Origin: Spirochaetota bacterium
GTDB lineage: Bacteria; Spirochaetota; UBA4802; JAFGDQ01
Assembly: GCA_043803405.1 (NCBI GenBank)
Contig: JAZDKB010000009.1
Location: 192,001 to 256,000, forward strand
Length of the DNA stretch: 64,000 nucleotides
Reading direction: 5' to 3'
Shown: one piece after another, positions 30,944 through 40,918 of the stretch
How positions within the stretch are numbered: position 1 is the stretch's first letter
Layout: each line of letters opens with the position of its first letter
Made by a program: the position numbers and the translations under genes
The notes under the pieces: model-generated
Told to the model about the DNA's origin: nothing
Databases searched by the model: none
The model's input: only the letters and a program-made list of their open reading frames with translations

Positions 30944-32260
30944 ATGATTGAAAAAATCTTTAAACTTAAAGAACACAACACAAATATAAAGACTGAGGTA
31001 TTGGCCGGAATTACCACTTTCATGACAATGGCTTATATTATAGCGGCAAATCCGCTTATACTGTCAGCCGCAGGCATGGACAAGGGCGCGGTAGTGCTTG
31101 CTACATGTATTGTAAGCGGTATAATCACGATCCTGATGGGTTTATACTCCAACTACCCTATAGCACTTGCGCCGGGCATGGGCATTAACGCATTCTTTGC
31201 ATTTACAATATGCAAAGCGATGGGCATTGACTGGCGTATAGGCCTTGGCTTCTTTTTTATAGAAGGTATTATTATTTTAATAATAACCATGACAAAACTC
31301 AGAGAAGCGGTCATTAACTCAATCCCTATGTCATTAAAATGTGCTGTAAGCGTGGGGATCGGCCTTTTCCTTGCGTTTATAGGATTTGAAAACGCGGGTT
31401 TTATCGCAGGATCGCCTGCCACATTCGTAACAATGGCACAGATAAGCAGCCCGGATGTATATCCTAAAATTATCCTTGTATCAATAGTATTGATTACTAC
31501 GACAATTCTGCTCGTCAAGCGCATAAAAGGAGCCATCCTTATCGGGATCGTCATCGGGACATTGCTCAGCTTTATCCCGTTTTTCCACTCAAAGGGCGAA
31601 GCATTAAAAATTCTTGATCCGTCATTAGCGCCCGTATTGTTTGAACTCGATATTCTAGGAGCTTTTAAATGGTCATTCGCAGCATTAATCTTTACGCTGC
31701 TATTTGTAGATTTTTTCGATACGGCTGGAACGGTTATAGGTCTCGCTGTCAAAGCAAAATTTGTCGATGATAACGGTAAAATTCCCAGGATAGGCAGAGT
31801 GCTTATTGCAGATTCAGTCGGGCCGGTACTTGCCGCGCTATGCGGAACATCCACAGTTACATCGTATATTGAAAGCGCAGCAGGCATAGAAGAAGGAGGC
31901 AGAACCGGCCTTACTGCAGTTGTTACTGGCATACTGTTTCTGATAGCAATAATAGCCGCTCCTCTTGTAGGTTTTATTCCTTCAGCTGCGGTCGCGCCTG
32001 TATTGATTATCGTTGGTATAATGATGATGGATTCCGTTTCAAGAATTGATTTTTCCGATTACTCCGAAGCAGTCCCAGCATTCATAACAATATCGGTTAT
32101 GCCGTTTACTTACAGTATATCCAACGGCATATTCATGGGATTTTTATCCTATGTATTAATAAAAATGCTTTCAGGGAAGGCAAAGGAAGTATCCGGCATT
32201 ATGTATGTGCTCGCAGTCTTCTTTTTATTATTCTTTATACTCAGCCCTGTATATAAATAA
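30944..32260 (+). CDS. NCS2/AzgA family purine (guanine/hypoxanthine/adenine) permease
   Basis: TEVLAGITTFMTMAYI, APGMGINAFF, DFFDTAGT, TSYIESAAGI, GRTGLT. Confidence 0.93.
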   Translation: MIEKIFKLKEHNTNIKTEVLAGITTFMTMAYIIAANPLILSAAGMDKGAVVLATCIVSGIITILMGLYSNYPIALAPGMGINAFFAFTICKAMGIDWRIGLGFFFIEGIIILIITMTKLREAVINSIPMSLKCAVSVGIGLFLAFIGFENAGFIAGSPATFVTMAQISSPDVYPKIILVSIVLITTTILLVKRIKGAILIGIVIGTLLSFIPFFHSKGEALKILDPSLAPVLFELDILGAFKWSFAALIFTLLFVDFFDTAGTVIGLAVKAKFVDDNGKIPRIGRVLIADSVGPVLAALCGTSTVTSYIESAAGIEEGGRTGLTAVVTGILFLIAIIAAPLVGFIPSAAVAPVLIIVGIMMMDSVSRIDFSDYSEAVPAFITISVMPFTYSISNGIFMGFLSYVLIKMLSGKAKEVSGIMYVLAVFFLLFFILSPVYK

Positions 32261-32296
32261 AAATTTTTAAAATTATATATAATGTTGAATCCAAAT

Positions 32297-32330
32297 ACCG
32301 CGCGGGGCACAGTCTGCGCGGTTTTTATTT
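32297..32330 (+). terminator. Rho-independent terminator after the permease
   Basis: ACCGCGCGG...CTGCGCGGT hairpin followed by a T-rich tract. Confidence 0.75.
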
Positions 32331-32468
32331 TCCCGCCGAATATCCGGAACAAATCCGAAAATCTGTTTGTAATTATGCGATATCAGTATAATATTATTTT
32401 AAAATTTTAGCTTGATTTCTTTCATGTTTATGGCGCATGATATCCGGATTAATATTTTTGGAGGGATT

Positions 32469-33956
32469 ATGACGGGGAAAACATATTATACTAATAATAA
32501 GCAAAATGATAACGGAATATACAATAATTCATTAAAAGCATTAACCGTTATATTAATTTTTTTTATCTTTGTTATATCCTGTATAATAATAACCGGAAAA
32601 AAAAGCTTTGCAGAATCAAATATCAGTTATAACCAGAAAGGCAATTTTGAACTTGGCGGCAGTTTTGGGACGCCATCTGGTTTGAATGCAAGATACTGGT
32701 TTACAAATAAGTACGGCCTGGATGTGAATGCAGGTGTTTCGCTCGACAAGCAACCTGTATTCACTTTTGACTTCTTAGTTGAAGATTACAAACTTTACAG
32801 ATCGAGCACTTGGGAGTCCAGATTCTTTTACGGAGTGGGCGCGCTTTTCTCAAAAGAAGATGACGAGTTCAAAAACAACCTGAGGGTCCCTTTAGGACTA
32901 TCTTTTCCTATGCTTCAATATCCTATTACTTTTTCTTTTTATGTTGCTCCTGCGTTAGTACTAAATCCAAAGTCCGAATTTGAAATGAACTGGGGGATAG
33001 GAGTAAGATATAATTTTTCAAGAGCTTCTGAAATACGGGAGAATCAATACAGACTTGAAAGAGAAGTAGGAAAGCTGGAAAGGGATGTTGAATCTCTTAA
33101 ACATGGTCTGGATACTACTAAAGGGAAGCTTAGCGAGACAGAAGGAATGCTTTCCAGCACCAAGGGAAAACTTGCCGAGAAAGAAGGAGAGCTTAGCGCG
33201 ACAAAAGGCAAAGTCGATGAACTGAGTCAAAGGCTTGGCGATCTGAAAGTTAAGCTCGATAAGACCGCGACAGAACTTGATACTGCAAAAACGAAATTAT
33301 CTTCAACAACCGTAGAACTCGCCAGCACAAAAAATCAGCTGGACGAAGTAAAAACCGAGCTAAATAATACTAAAAAAAATCTGAACGAGAAGCAGACTGA
33401 ATTAGCAAAAAAGCAGACTGAGCTTAATAATGCAAAAGTAATTATAGAAAATGCTTACACAGGGAAAAAGAAACAGGAAGAAGAAGAAAAAATCGCTTTA
33501 AGGCAAAAGGAACTAAATGAACAGGTAGTGCAATTAGATTCGCAAAAGAAATCATGGGAAAAAATAAAAACAAAAGAAGCCCAAAAAAGAGAGGATTTAA
33601 AAAAGAAATGTGCGGAGAGAGGCGGCGTTATTGATGAATTCGGATATTGCACATGCCCGGAAAACCAGGAATGGGATCCAAGAACGGATAAATGTGTATG
33701 CGTAAAAGGATATCAAAGAAATCTGCCGACCGAAAAATGCAAACCATGCGAAACAATAAAAGAAAGCGGCGCGTGCGCAGACGGCAATTGCGAAGATTAC
33801 GAAGCAAAAGTTCAGTTAAAGACCGGAGCGCATAAATATATATGTGTTAAAAAATGCCGTAAAAATAATGAAGCATGGTCAAAGAGAAAGAACGATTGCG
33901 TTTGCAGGGACGGCTATTACAGGGACGACAAAGGCGAATGCGTTAAGAGACAGTAA
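32469..33956 (+). CDS. Exported protein: OM beta-barrel-like N-domain + long coiled coil + Cys-rich C-terminal repeats
   Basis: Signal/hydrophobic segment; LGGSFGTPSGLNARYW...NWGIGVRYNF amphipathic strands; heptad region; C-terminal CxC/CxxC repeats; GGAGGG RBS before ATG32469. Confidence 0.75.
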   Translation: MTGKTYYTNNKQNDNGIYNNSLKALTVILIFFIFVISCIIITGKKSFAESNISYNQKGNFELGGSFGTPSGLNARYWFTNKYGLDVNAGVSLDKQPVFTFDFLVEDYKLYRSSTWESRFFYGVGALFSKEDDEFKNNLRVPLGLSFPMLQYPITFSFYVAPALVLNPKSEFEMNWGIGVRYNFSRASEIRENQYRLEREVGKLERDVESLKHGLDTTKGKLSETEGMLSSTKGKLAEKEGELSATKGKVDELSQRLGDLKVKLDKTATELDTAKTKLSSTTVELASTKNQLDEVKTELNNTKKNLNEKQTELAKKQTELNNAKVIIENAYTGKKKQEEEEKIALRQKELNEQVVQLDSQKKSWEKIKTKEAQKREDLKKKCAERGGVIDEFGYCTCPENQEWDPRTDKCVCVKGYQRNLPTEKCKPCETIKESGACADGNCEDYEAKVQLKTGAHKYICVKKCRKNNEAWSKRKNDCVCRDGYYRDDKGECVKRQ

Positions 33957-33974
33957 ATAAACGGAGGAAATATT

Positions 33975-34754
33975 ATGAATTATGCAAAAAGAGAATGGAT
34001 AGCGGTTGGGATATCCGTGATCGTTACAGTTATATTTATCGCTTTAATGACTGTCTTTCTGGGAAAAGGCCCGCTGGGCATCATGCTGTTCGGCACGGAT
34101 TCAGCCTACTATCCTTTTACTTTGTACAACCTGATGTATCTTTTCTTTTTTATAGGACTGGGCCAGCTCTGGATAAGGTGGCTAAGCACTTATGAAGAAA
34201 AAGTCTTTTTAAAAAAGGCAGGCTTTCTTCCGGAAGGAGAGAAAGAAATGCTTTCGAGCGAAGATGAAATCGAAAAAATAAGAGTGAATGTTTCAAACGC
34301 GGTTGTGAGGGGTGAAGCCTTTCTCCCGGGATTAATAAACAATTGCATTAACCAGTTTATTAAATCGCATTCCGTAAGTGACACCATTTCGGTTCTTAAC
34401 AGCGATCTTGAACTGAACATTCACAGGCTGGATCTCCGCTATTCGATGTGCAGATATATTGTTTGGGCTATACCGACATTCGGATTTATAGGGACTGTCG
34501 TGGGCATTGCTGGCGCCCTGACTCAACTGGATATTGTTAAATTCATGGGAAGCCAGACGGATAAAGTCACACAATTTAAAGCGCTTGCTTCTGACCTGGG
34601 ATTCGCTTTTGACACAACAATTGTCGCGCTGGTACTCAGCTCCATATTTGTTTTTATTTTGCATATTGTCCAGAGCGGTGAAGAAGAGATTTTAAACAGA
34701 TCAGGTAAATACGTGCTTACTAATTTTATCAACAAGCTCTCTTTAAAAAAATAA
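33975..34754 (+). CDS. MotA/TolQ/ExbB proton-channel family protein
   Basis: WAIPTFGFIGTVVGI, LGFAFDTTIVAL; GGAGG RBS. Confidence 0.9.
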   Translation: MNYAKREWIAVGISVIVTVIFIALMTVFLGKGPLGIMLFGTDSAYYPFTLYNLMYLFFFIGLGQLWIRWLSTYEEKVFLKKAGFLPEGEKEMLSSEDEIEKIRVNVSNAVVRGEAFLPGLINNCINQFIKSHSVSDTISVLNSDLELNIHRLDLRYSMCRYIVWAIPTFGFIGTVVGIAGALTQLDIVKFMGSQTDKVTQFKALASDLGFAFDTTIVALVLSSIFVFILHIVQSGEEEILNRSGKYVLTNFINKLSLKK

Positions 34755-34772
34755 ATTAACAGGCGTACGATT

Positions 34773-35819
34773 ATGAAACGTCCTAACAGAGATTATAATA
34801 TATTTAATATTTCCATGCTGGATACGATATCGGGCGCGTTGGGCGCTGTAATGATTATCATGATTGTGCTTTTAACGCAAAAGATCGGTATCGAATCCAT
34901 GTCGTGTCAGGATATTAAAGAAGAACTGGTTACGGCTTCGGGTAAATTAAGCGAGACCAAAGAGGAGTTGAGGCTCACCAGGCTGGAGTTGAGCAAAAAG
35001 ATTATTGAGACACCGGCTGCAGCCGAAAAGGTATCCGCAGTTACAAAGATAATTGATGCAACAACCGAATCGATAAAGCAGACGATTAAAAAAGTTGTCG
35101 ATATTAAAAAAGAACTCTTTGATTCCCGGCCAAAAGAAGACAGCATGGCTTTTAAAATCCCAAATAGACTGGTCATGATTATTGATCTTTCGGGCAGCAT
35201 GGCTCCCGAAAACAATAAATATAAAGAAGACAGGCTTTCGCAGCTGAAAGCAGCTCTTAAAATGTTTATAGCAGGGATGGATCAGAATTATGCAATCGAT
35301 ATTGTTTTTTTCCCGGCTTTTCCTGAAAATATCGACAGAAAGATTTATCCCGATTTTAAGATAAAGCCGGAACTGGACGAGAGGTGCAAAAAATTCGAGA
35401 TGCGGGATGAAGCATACGACAGCAGAGACTTAATATGCTATAAATATGGGTATTTTGAAGGCGGTCTTAAAAAAATATTATCCGAAGATGATAAATATAA
35501 CTTTTACAGAAAGATCGCGTGCCTTAAAGCATATCACGATACTCCCACCGAAGAAGCGCTTGACTTTGTCCTTAGCAGCAGCATGTATAAGGATGCCGAA
35601 GGCATTATTCTTTTGAGCGACGGCCAGCCGGATTCGCTGAGAAAAAATAAAAAAACAATTGCAGGACTGCTTAAAAGCATAAAAGATAAAAATAAAACAA
35701 AGAAAAAGATATTTACTGTGGGTGTCGGGACAGAATTCCGCAATAATGAAGATACCCTTGCAGTGGATTTCTCAAAAAAGCTTGCGGCGCAGAACGAAGG
35801 ATTTTATATTGGTTTTTAA
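34773..35819 (+). CDS. ExbD/MotB-like membrane anchor + coiled coil + VWA domain protein
   Basis: N-terminal SMLDTISGALGAVMIIMIVLL (Asp in TM), MIDAS IIDLSGSM, DTPT, LLSDG. Confidence 0.8.
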   Translation: MKRPNRDYNIFNISMLDTISGALGAVMIIMIVLLTQKIGIESMSCQDIKEELVTASGKLSETKEELRLTRLELSKKIIETPAAAEKVSAVTKIIDATTESIKQTIKKVVDIKKELFDSRPKEDSMAFKIPNRLVMIIDLSGSMAPENNKYKEDRLSQLKAALKMFIAGMDQNYAIDIVFFPAFPENIDRKIYPDFKIKPELDERCKKFEMRDEAYDSRDLICYKYGYFEGGLKKILSEDDKYNFYRKIACLKAYHDTPTEEALDFVLSSSMYKDAEGIILLSDGQPDSLRKNKKTIAGLLKSIKDKNKTKKKIFTVGVGTEFRNNEDTLAVDFSKKLAAQNEGFYIGF

Positions 35820-35883
35820 GAGGCAATCTATACCCGCAAAAGGCGGCAGTTTCAAGATAAATACAAATTATGGAGAATAATAA

Positions 35884-36663
35884 ATGAACTACAAGACACT
35901 TAAGTATGAAGTAAAAGACGGAATTGCTTTTATAACCATAAACCGTCCCGATGTTCTTAATGCTTTAAATCCGGATGTGCTTAATGATCTGTTTTCCGCA
36001 AGCGCAGAAGCGGAAAAAGACAGCAATGCTAAAGTTGTTATTCTGACAGGCGAAGGGCGCTCCTTTGTGGCCGGTGCCGATATTGCAGCAATGAAGAATT
36101 ACACTACACAACAGGCGCTTGCTTTCTCGAACCTCGGGCACAGCGTGATGAACTCTTTTGAAAAGATGTCCAAGCCTGTTATTGCGGCAGTAAACGGATT
36201 CGCCCTTGGCGGAGGGATGGAGCTCTCTATGGCATGCGATTTTATATATGCGTCGGACAAGGCAAAGTTCGGCCAGCCGGAGACCAACCTTGGCATTATG
36301 CCGGGCTTCGGGGGAAGCCAGAGGCTTGGGCACATTGTCGGCATTAACAAAGCACGCGAACTTATTTATACATGCGATATTATAGACGCAAACGAAGCAA
36401 AGCGCATAGGGCTTGTATCTGAAGTTTACAAAGCAGAAGAGCTGATGAACAAAGTAATAGAAAGGGCAAAACTCATTATGACAAAAGCCCCGTGCGGCAT
36501 CGCTGCATCAAAACGCGTAATGAACAAAGGGCTTGGAATAGGAATGGATGCAGCGCTCGAACTCGAGCAGCAGGCTTTCAGCGCTGTATTCGGCACAGAG
36601 GACAAACTTGAAGGCATAAGCGCGTTCGTTGAAAAACGCAAAGCTAATTTTAAGAATAAATAA
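35884..36663 (+). CDS. Enoyl-CoA hydratase (crotonase)
   Basis: INRPDVLNAL, FVAGADI, GFALGGGMELSMACD, GQPETNLGIMPGFGG. Confidence 0.93.
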   Translation: MNYKTLKYEVKDGIAFITINRPDVLNALNPDVLNDLFSASAEAEKDSNAKVVILTGEGRSFVAGADIAAMKNYTTQQALAFSNLGHSVMNSFEKMSKPVIAAVNGFALGGGMELSMACDFIYASDKAKFGQPETNLGIMPGFGGSQRLGHIVGINKARELIYTCDIIDANEAKRIGLVSEVYKAEELMNKVIERAKLIMTKAPCGIAASKRVMNKGLGIGMDAALELEQQAFSAVFGTEDKLEGISAFVEKRKANFKNK

Positions 36664-36672
36664 ACAAACCAT

Positions 36673-36733
36673 ATACCAGGTAGAGACGCACGGCCGTGCG
36701 TCTCTACCTGGTATCCGTGCGTCTCTACCTGGT
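36673..36733. repeat. GTAG-type REP-like perfect 42-bp palindrome plus a tandem duplicate of its right arm
   Basis: ATACCAGGTAGAGACGCACGG|CCGTGCGTCTCTACCTGGTAT, then CCGTGCGTCTCTACCTGGT; lies between convergent genes. Confidence 0.85.
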
Positions 36734-36739
36734 CATATA

Positions 36740-38128
36740 TTAAAATATCTTACCCGGGTTTAGAATCCCATCCGGATCAAAGGCGGCTTTAATTCGTTTT
36801 GACAACTCAATTCCTTCCTCTGAAATTGCCAGTTCAAGATAATTTTTTTTTGTAAGCCCGATCCCATGTTCGCCTGTGATTGTGCCACCATAAGAAATCG
36901 CTTTCTGATAAATATATTTTTTTATAACAGGAACCAGCTCATTCCATTTGTCATCATCCATACTTTCTTTTAAAATATTGATGTGGCAATTCCCATCGCC
37001 TGCATGACCCCAGACGATCGAACGAAGCGATTTAGAATTTAAAAAATCTTTAATATCTTTAATAAATACCGGAATTTTTGATCGCGGTACAACAGAGTCT
37101 TCTCCGAAAAATATGCTGCTGGCATTTTTAACAGATTCCCTGACGGACCTTCGTGTTTTCCACAATCTGTCTTTCTGGTTTTTTGACTCTGCTACGAGTA
37201 TCTCGTATTTTGAATGAATCAGTTTATTCAGCCTGTCCAGATCGCTCATAATTTCTTCACGTGATTCGCCGTCAAGCTGTATAAGAAGATGAGCACCCGC
37301 ATTCTCGAACGGGATTTCCTCTTTCAGAAAATCCTTTACTGTTTTGATAGCATCTTTCTCCATGAATTCGATTGCTGAGGGGATAATGCGGTTCTGCAGC
37401 AGCACGGGCACAACACTCAGCGCTTCCTCAATGGAGTCAAAAGGGATCAGGAGATCGATCACAACCGGAGGCGCAGGCACTAGCCTTAAATATATTTTTG
37501 TAACAACAGCGAGCGTGCCTTCGGAACCGACTATTATCCCGATAAAGTTATATCCAGCGGCATTCTTTACTATCTTGCCGCCAGTGTTAATTACTTCGCC
37601 GTTAGCAAGAACAAACTCCAGTCCTGTAACATAGTCTTTCGTTGTACCGTACTTGACTGCCCTCGGACCTCCCGCGCCTTCTGCAATATTGCCCCCGATC
37701 GAACATATATCAAGGCTCGCCGGATCGGGCGGGTACATGAGCCCGTGTTCCAGCGCGGCATCCTGCAATGTCTTTGTGATCACTCCGGGCTCCACGATTG
37801 CGAACATGTTTTCTCTGTCTATCTCGATTATCCTATTCATTTGTTCAACAGAAAGCACTACCCCGCCCTTCACCGGAATGGCGCCGCCTGTTACGCCTGT
37901 GCCCGCTCCCCGCGGTATTACAGGCACTCCGTATTTTGAGCAGATCACAAGCACCCTGCTAACATCGCCGGTGCTCTTTGCGCGCACAACAACAGCCGGA
38001 AGCTGTGCCATGCCGGACGTTTCATCCCGCGAGTATTTATCCAGAATATCCGCATCAATAATGATCTTGCCCCTGCCCAGCGACTCTGCAAGTTCATCCG
38101 TTGCCTTTTTTAAATTAGTTTTATTCAT
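36740..38128 (-). CDS. FAD-linked oxidase, GlcD/D-2-hydroxyacid dehydrogenase family
   Basis: RGAGTGVTGG, PPDPAS, GGPRAVKYG, GSEGTL, GHAGDGNCH, GEHGIG, LNPGKIF. Confidence 0.9.
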   Translation of the reverse strand: MNKTNLKKATDELAESLGRGKIIIDADILDKYSRDETSGMAQLPAVVVRAKSTGDVSRVLVICSKYGVPVIPRGAGTGVTGGAIPVKGGVVLSVEQMNRIIEIDRENMFAIVEPGVITKTLQDAALEHGLMYPPDPASLDICSIGGNIAEGAGGPRAVKYGTTKDYVTGLEFVLANGEVINTGGKIVKNAAGYNFIGIIVGSEGTLAVVTKIYLRLVPAPPVVIDLLIPFDSIEEALSVVPVLLQNRIIPSAIEFMEKDAIKTVKDFLKEEIPFENAGAHLLIQLDGESREEIMSDLDRLNKLIHSKYEILVAESKNQKDRLWKTRRSVRESVKNASSIFFGEDSVVPRSKIPVFIKDIKDFLNSKSLRSIVWGHAGDGNCHINILKESMDDDKWNELVPVIKKYIYQKAISYGGTITGEHGIGLTKKNYLELAISEEGIELSKRIKAAFDPDGILNPGKIF

Positions 38129-38236
38129 AATATTACTATTTCAGCCTGCTGGCAGGCATAAACATGCCTGGGAAACATGCTTTTTGCTAATTTTTACTCT
38201 TTTTTGTCATAAAATGACCAATGGCACTATGTGCTC

Positions 38237-39079
38237 TTAAAAAAAATACACGTCAATAAATGTACCGATAAACAATACTGGTGATATGAACATGTTGGCT
38301 TTAAAGAACTTTTTTACTGCATCTGCAACATTCCTGCTGCGCGCGAGTTTCTGCTGATATGCAAAGATGAGCGCCATGCAGAAAAGAGCGATCCAGAATG
38401 CAGCGCCCATCTGCGCCATCAGGCCTGCAGCTGAAAGGCTGGCAAGGGATAAAACGTAACAGCAGGCTGAAATGACTAGCGCCTTATCTTTCCCCATTGA
38501 AGACGGTATTGAATGCAGTTTTTCGGATTTGTCAAATTCAATATCCTGTATTGCGTAAACAATATCGAGGCCTGCAATCCATGCCATTATTGTAATACCA
38601 AGAATAAAAGGCAGAATATTGAGCGAGCCTGTCACTGCAAAAAATCCGCCAACAGGAGCAGCTGCTTCAACAAATCCCAGGTAAAAATGCGAAGACGAAG
38701 AAAAGCGCTTAAAGAAAGAATATGTGAAAAGCAAAACGACAGCAGCAAATGAAAGATAAAAACAAAGCGCGTTAAGCATGTAAGCCGAAAAAATCAGGAT
38801 TAGGCAGGAGGCGGCTGCGATGAGCCACACGGATAATTTAGACACTAAGCCCTGCGGCAAAAGCCTGTCTTTTGTGCGCGGATTCTTCGAGTCTATCTCA
38901 ACATCCAGAACGCGGTTAAACGACATGCCCGCTGTTCTCGCAGCAGCAAGCGCAATCGTTACCCATATCCATACAGATAGCTGCGCTTTCCCGGCGAACA
39001 TAATTCCCAGATACGCGAAAGGCAAAGCGAACAGGGTCTGCTCTATCAGTATCAGTCTTCCAAATGTCTTAAAATCCAT
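38237..39079 (-). CDS. mqnP: UbiA-family prenyltransferase (MqnP-like, futalosine menaquinone pathway)
   Basis: EQTLFALPF, ARTAGMSFNRVLDVEIDSKNPRT, DIVYAIQD; overlaps the UbiD-family gene. Confidence 0.8.
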   Translation of the reverse strand: MDFKTFGRLILIEQTLFALPFAYLGIMFAGKAQLSVWIWVTIALAAARTAGMSFNRVLDVEIDSKNPRTKDRLLPQGLVSKLSVWLIAAASCLILIFSAYMLNALCFYLSFAAVVLLFTYSFFKRFSSSSHFYLGFVEAAAPVGGFFAVTGSLNILPFILGITIMAWIAGLDIVYAIQDIEFDKSEKLHSIPSSMGKDKALVISACCYVLSLASLSAAGLMAQMGAAFWIALFCMALIFAYQQKLARSRNVADAVKKFFKANMFISPVLFIGTFIDVYFF

Positions 39080-40511
39080 ATTCCTTCCAGCGGGCAGTAA
39101 CTTTTTGCATAATATTATCCGACATTTTTATTTCTTCCGGCCACTCCCTGCCCATGCCCTCTTCCTTTGTTTTACGCGTAGCGTCTATTCCCATCTTTCC
39201 CCCGAAATTCGGATACGGAGCAGAATGATCCAGGGCATCAAGCGGCCCCTCGGAAAAGACGAGATCCCTTCGCGGGTCAACATTATTAAGGAGCTTCCAT
39301 ACAACAGTCGAAGAATCACGAAGATCAATGTCCCTGTCAAACACAGCGATAAACTTGGTAGACGACATCTGCCCAAGCCCCCACAGAGCATGAATGGCTT
39401 TCTTTGCCTGCCCGGGGAATTTTTTATCGATAGATACAAGGGCGCAGTTATGGAACACGCCTTCCATCGGAAGTTCAATGTCAACAATCTCCGGCACAAT
39501 CATTTTTATCATAGGCAGGAAAATGCGCTCTGTGGCCTTGGCCATGTAGCAGTCTTCCATAGGAGGCTTCCCTACAATAGTCGCAGGATAAACAGCATCG
39601 CTCCTGTATGTAATGCAGTTTACGTGAAACACGGGATAAACATCCTTAGGAGAATAAAAACCCGTATGATCTCCGAAAGGTCCTTCAATGCGTGTCTCTT
39701 CAGGATCAACGTATCCTTCAATAACAAAATCGGACTCGGCAGGCACCATGAGATCAACGGTCTTTGCCTTCACAAGCTCAACAGCACGCGAGTTAAGAAA
39801 ACCGGCGAACATGAACTCATCGATGTTCGGAGGCAACGGCGCAGTTGCAGCGTACGTAACAGCAGGTGAGCCGCCGAGAGCAACGGCAACGTCCATCCGT
39901 TTACCGGCGTTCCTGTACCTGGAAAAATGATTCGCGCCATCCTTATTGTACTGCCAGTGCATACCTGTTGTTGCTTTATCGTATTTATGCATTCTGTACA
40001 TGCCCGCATTCTGGATACCATTATCCGGGTCCTTTGTAATTACGATCGGGAACGTAACAAAGGGGCCGCCGTCATGCGGCCAGCAGGTAAGGATTGGAAT
40101 TGCATCGAGCAAAGCTGAAGCGGTATCCAGCATTTTCTCCTGGCACGGCGCATGCTTAACTGTTTTAGGAAGAAAATCCGCGATTTCCTTAAGACTCAAA
40201 AGCATCTTAATTTTATCGGTCAGCCCAGCAGGCGGCTGCATTTTCATGTACGACTCAATTCTCTTTGCAATATCTTCAAATGAATTGCAGTTCAGGGCCA
40301 TCTGCATGCGTTCATAGCTCCCGAAAGCATTTATCAATAACGGGAAAGATGAGCCCTTAACTTTTTCGAACAGAAGCGCAGGCCCGTTCTGTTTGCTGAC
40401 GCGGTCTGCTATTTCCGTGATCTCGAGCAGAGGATCGGCCTCTGCCGTAATCCTTTTAAGCTCTCCCCTGGCATCGAGTGCGTTTATAAATTCTCTTATG
40501 TTCTTATACAT
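39069..40511 (-). CDS. ubiD: UbiD-family menaquinone biosynthesis decarboxylase (MqnL-like)
   Basis: NAGMYR, EGPFGDHTGFY, VGKPPMED, LDALDHS, GGKMGIDAT. Confidence 0.9.
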   Translation of the reverse strand: MYKNIREFINALDARGELKRITAEADPLLEITEIADRVSKQNGPALLFEKVKGSSFPLLINAFGSYERMQMALNCNSFEDIAKRIESYMKMQPPAGLTDKIKMLLSLKEIADFLPKTVKHAPCQEKMLDTASALLDAIPILTCWPHDGGPFVTFPIVITKDPDNGIQNAGMYRMHKYDKATTGMHWQYNKDGANHFSRYRNAGKRMDVAVALGGSPAVTYAATAPLPPNIDEFMFAGFLNSRAVELVKAKTVDLMVPAESDFVIEGYVDPEETRIEGPFGDHTGFYSPKDVYPVFHVNCITYRSDAVYPATIVGKPPMEDCYMAKATERIFLPMIKMIVPEIVDIELPMEGVFHNCALVSIDKKFPGQAKKAIHALWGLGQMSSTKFIAVFDRDIDLRDSSTVVWKLLNNVDPRRDLVFSEGPLDALDHSAPYPNFGGKMGIDATRKTKEEGMGREWPEEIKMSDNIMQKVTARWKEYGF

Positions 40512-40541
40512 TTGTTTTTAAGTATGATAATTCAATAAATT

Positions 40542-40743
40542 TTAATATTGTGTCCTAAAACCTCTGCAAAGAGATAGACAATCTTCGGACATATCATAAA
40601 TTATTTTTATTTTCGAGGACTGTCTGAGGCCGAAGGCCGAGTTCCGCAGGAAATTAAAATAATTTATGATATGTCCATAATATAGATAATGTGTATCATA
40701 TAGAATATTCTATAATAATAAAGGTTTTAGTACGCGCTCCTAA
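40542..40743. mobile_element. MITE-like non-autonomous element with a long internal hairpin
   Basis: Imperfect TIRs GTGTCCTAAAACCT (40550-63) / AGGTTTTAGTACGC (40722-35), flanked by TTA/TAA; internal perfect 21-bp IR (40587-607/40656-676) around GAGGACTGTCTGAGGCCGAAGGCCGAGTTCCGCAG. Confidence 0.5.
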
Positions 40744-40918
40744 TGTTATTCTTACTTGAACCGATCTAAGCCCGGCTTGTCAATCAGAAATGAAAATATA
40801 TTTAATAAATACATCTTTTAGATAAAGCATAGTTATTGACTTTTTAAATTAAATCATCTAAACATGTTCCCAAAAGAATGTTAAGTAAATTCAATAAAAT
40901 TTAAAAGGAGAAATTCTT

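Noticed and set aside
33975..35819. Zorya (zorAB) defence system or flagellar motAB
   Set aside because: The partner has a VWA domain rather than an OmpA-like peptidoglycan-binding domain, the ExbB-like protein lacks the long ZorA tail, and no zorC/D/E are present.
38143..38170. Overlapping palindromes GCCTGCTGGCAGGC / CAGGCATAAACATGCCTG
   Set aside because: Short, and could be chance or a simple RBS-region hairpin; no second copy seen.
38820..39869. 349-aa plus-strand ORF (likewise 31153-31932, 37653-38240 and other antisense ORFs)
   Set aside because: Antisense shadows of well-supported genes, with no recognisable motifs.
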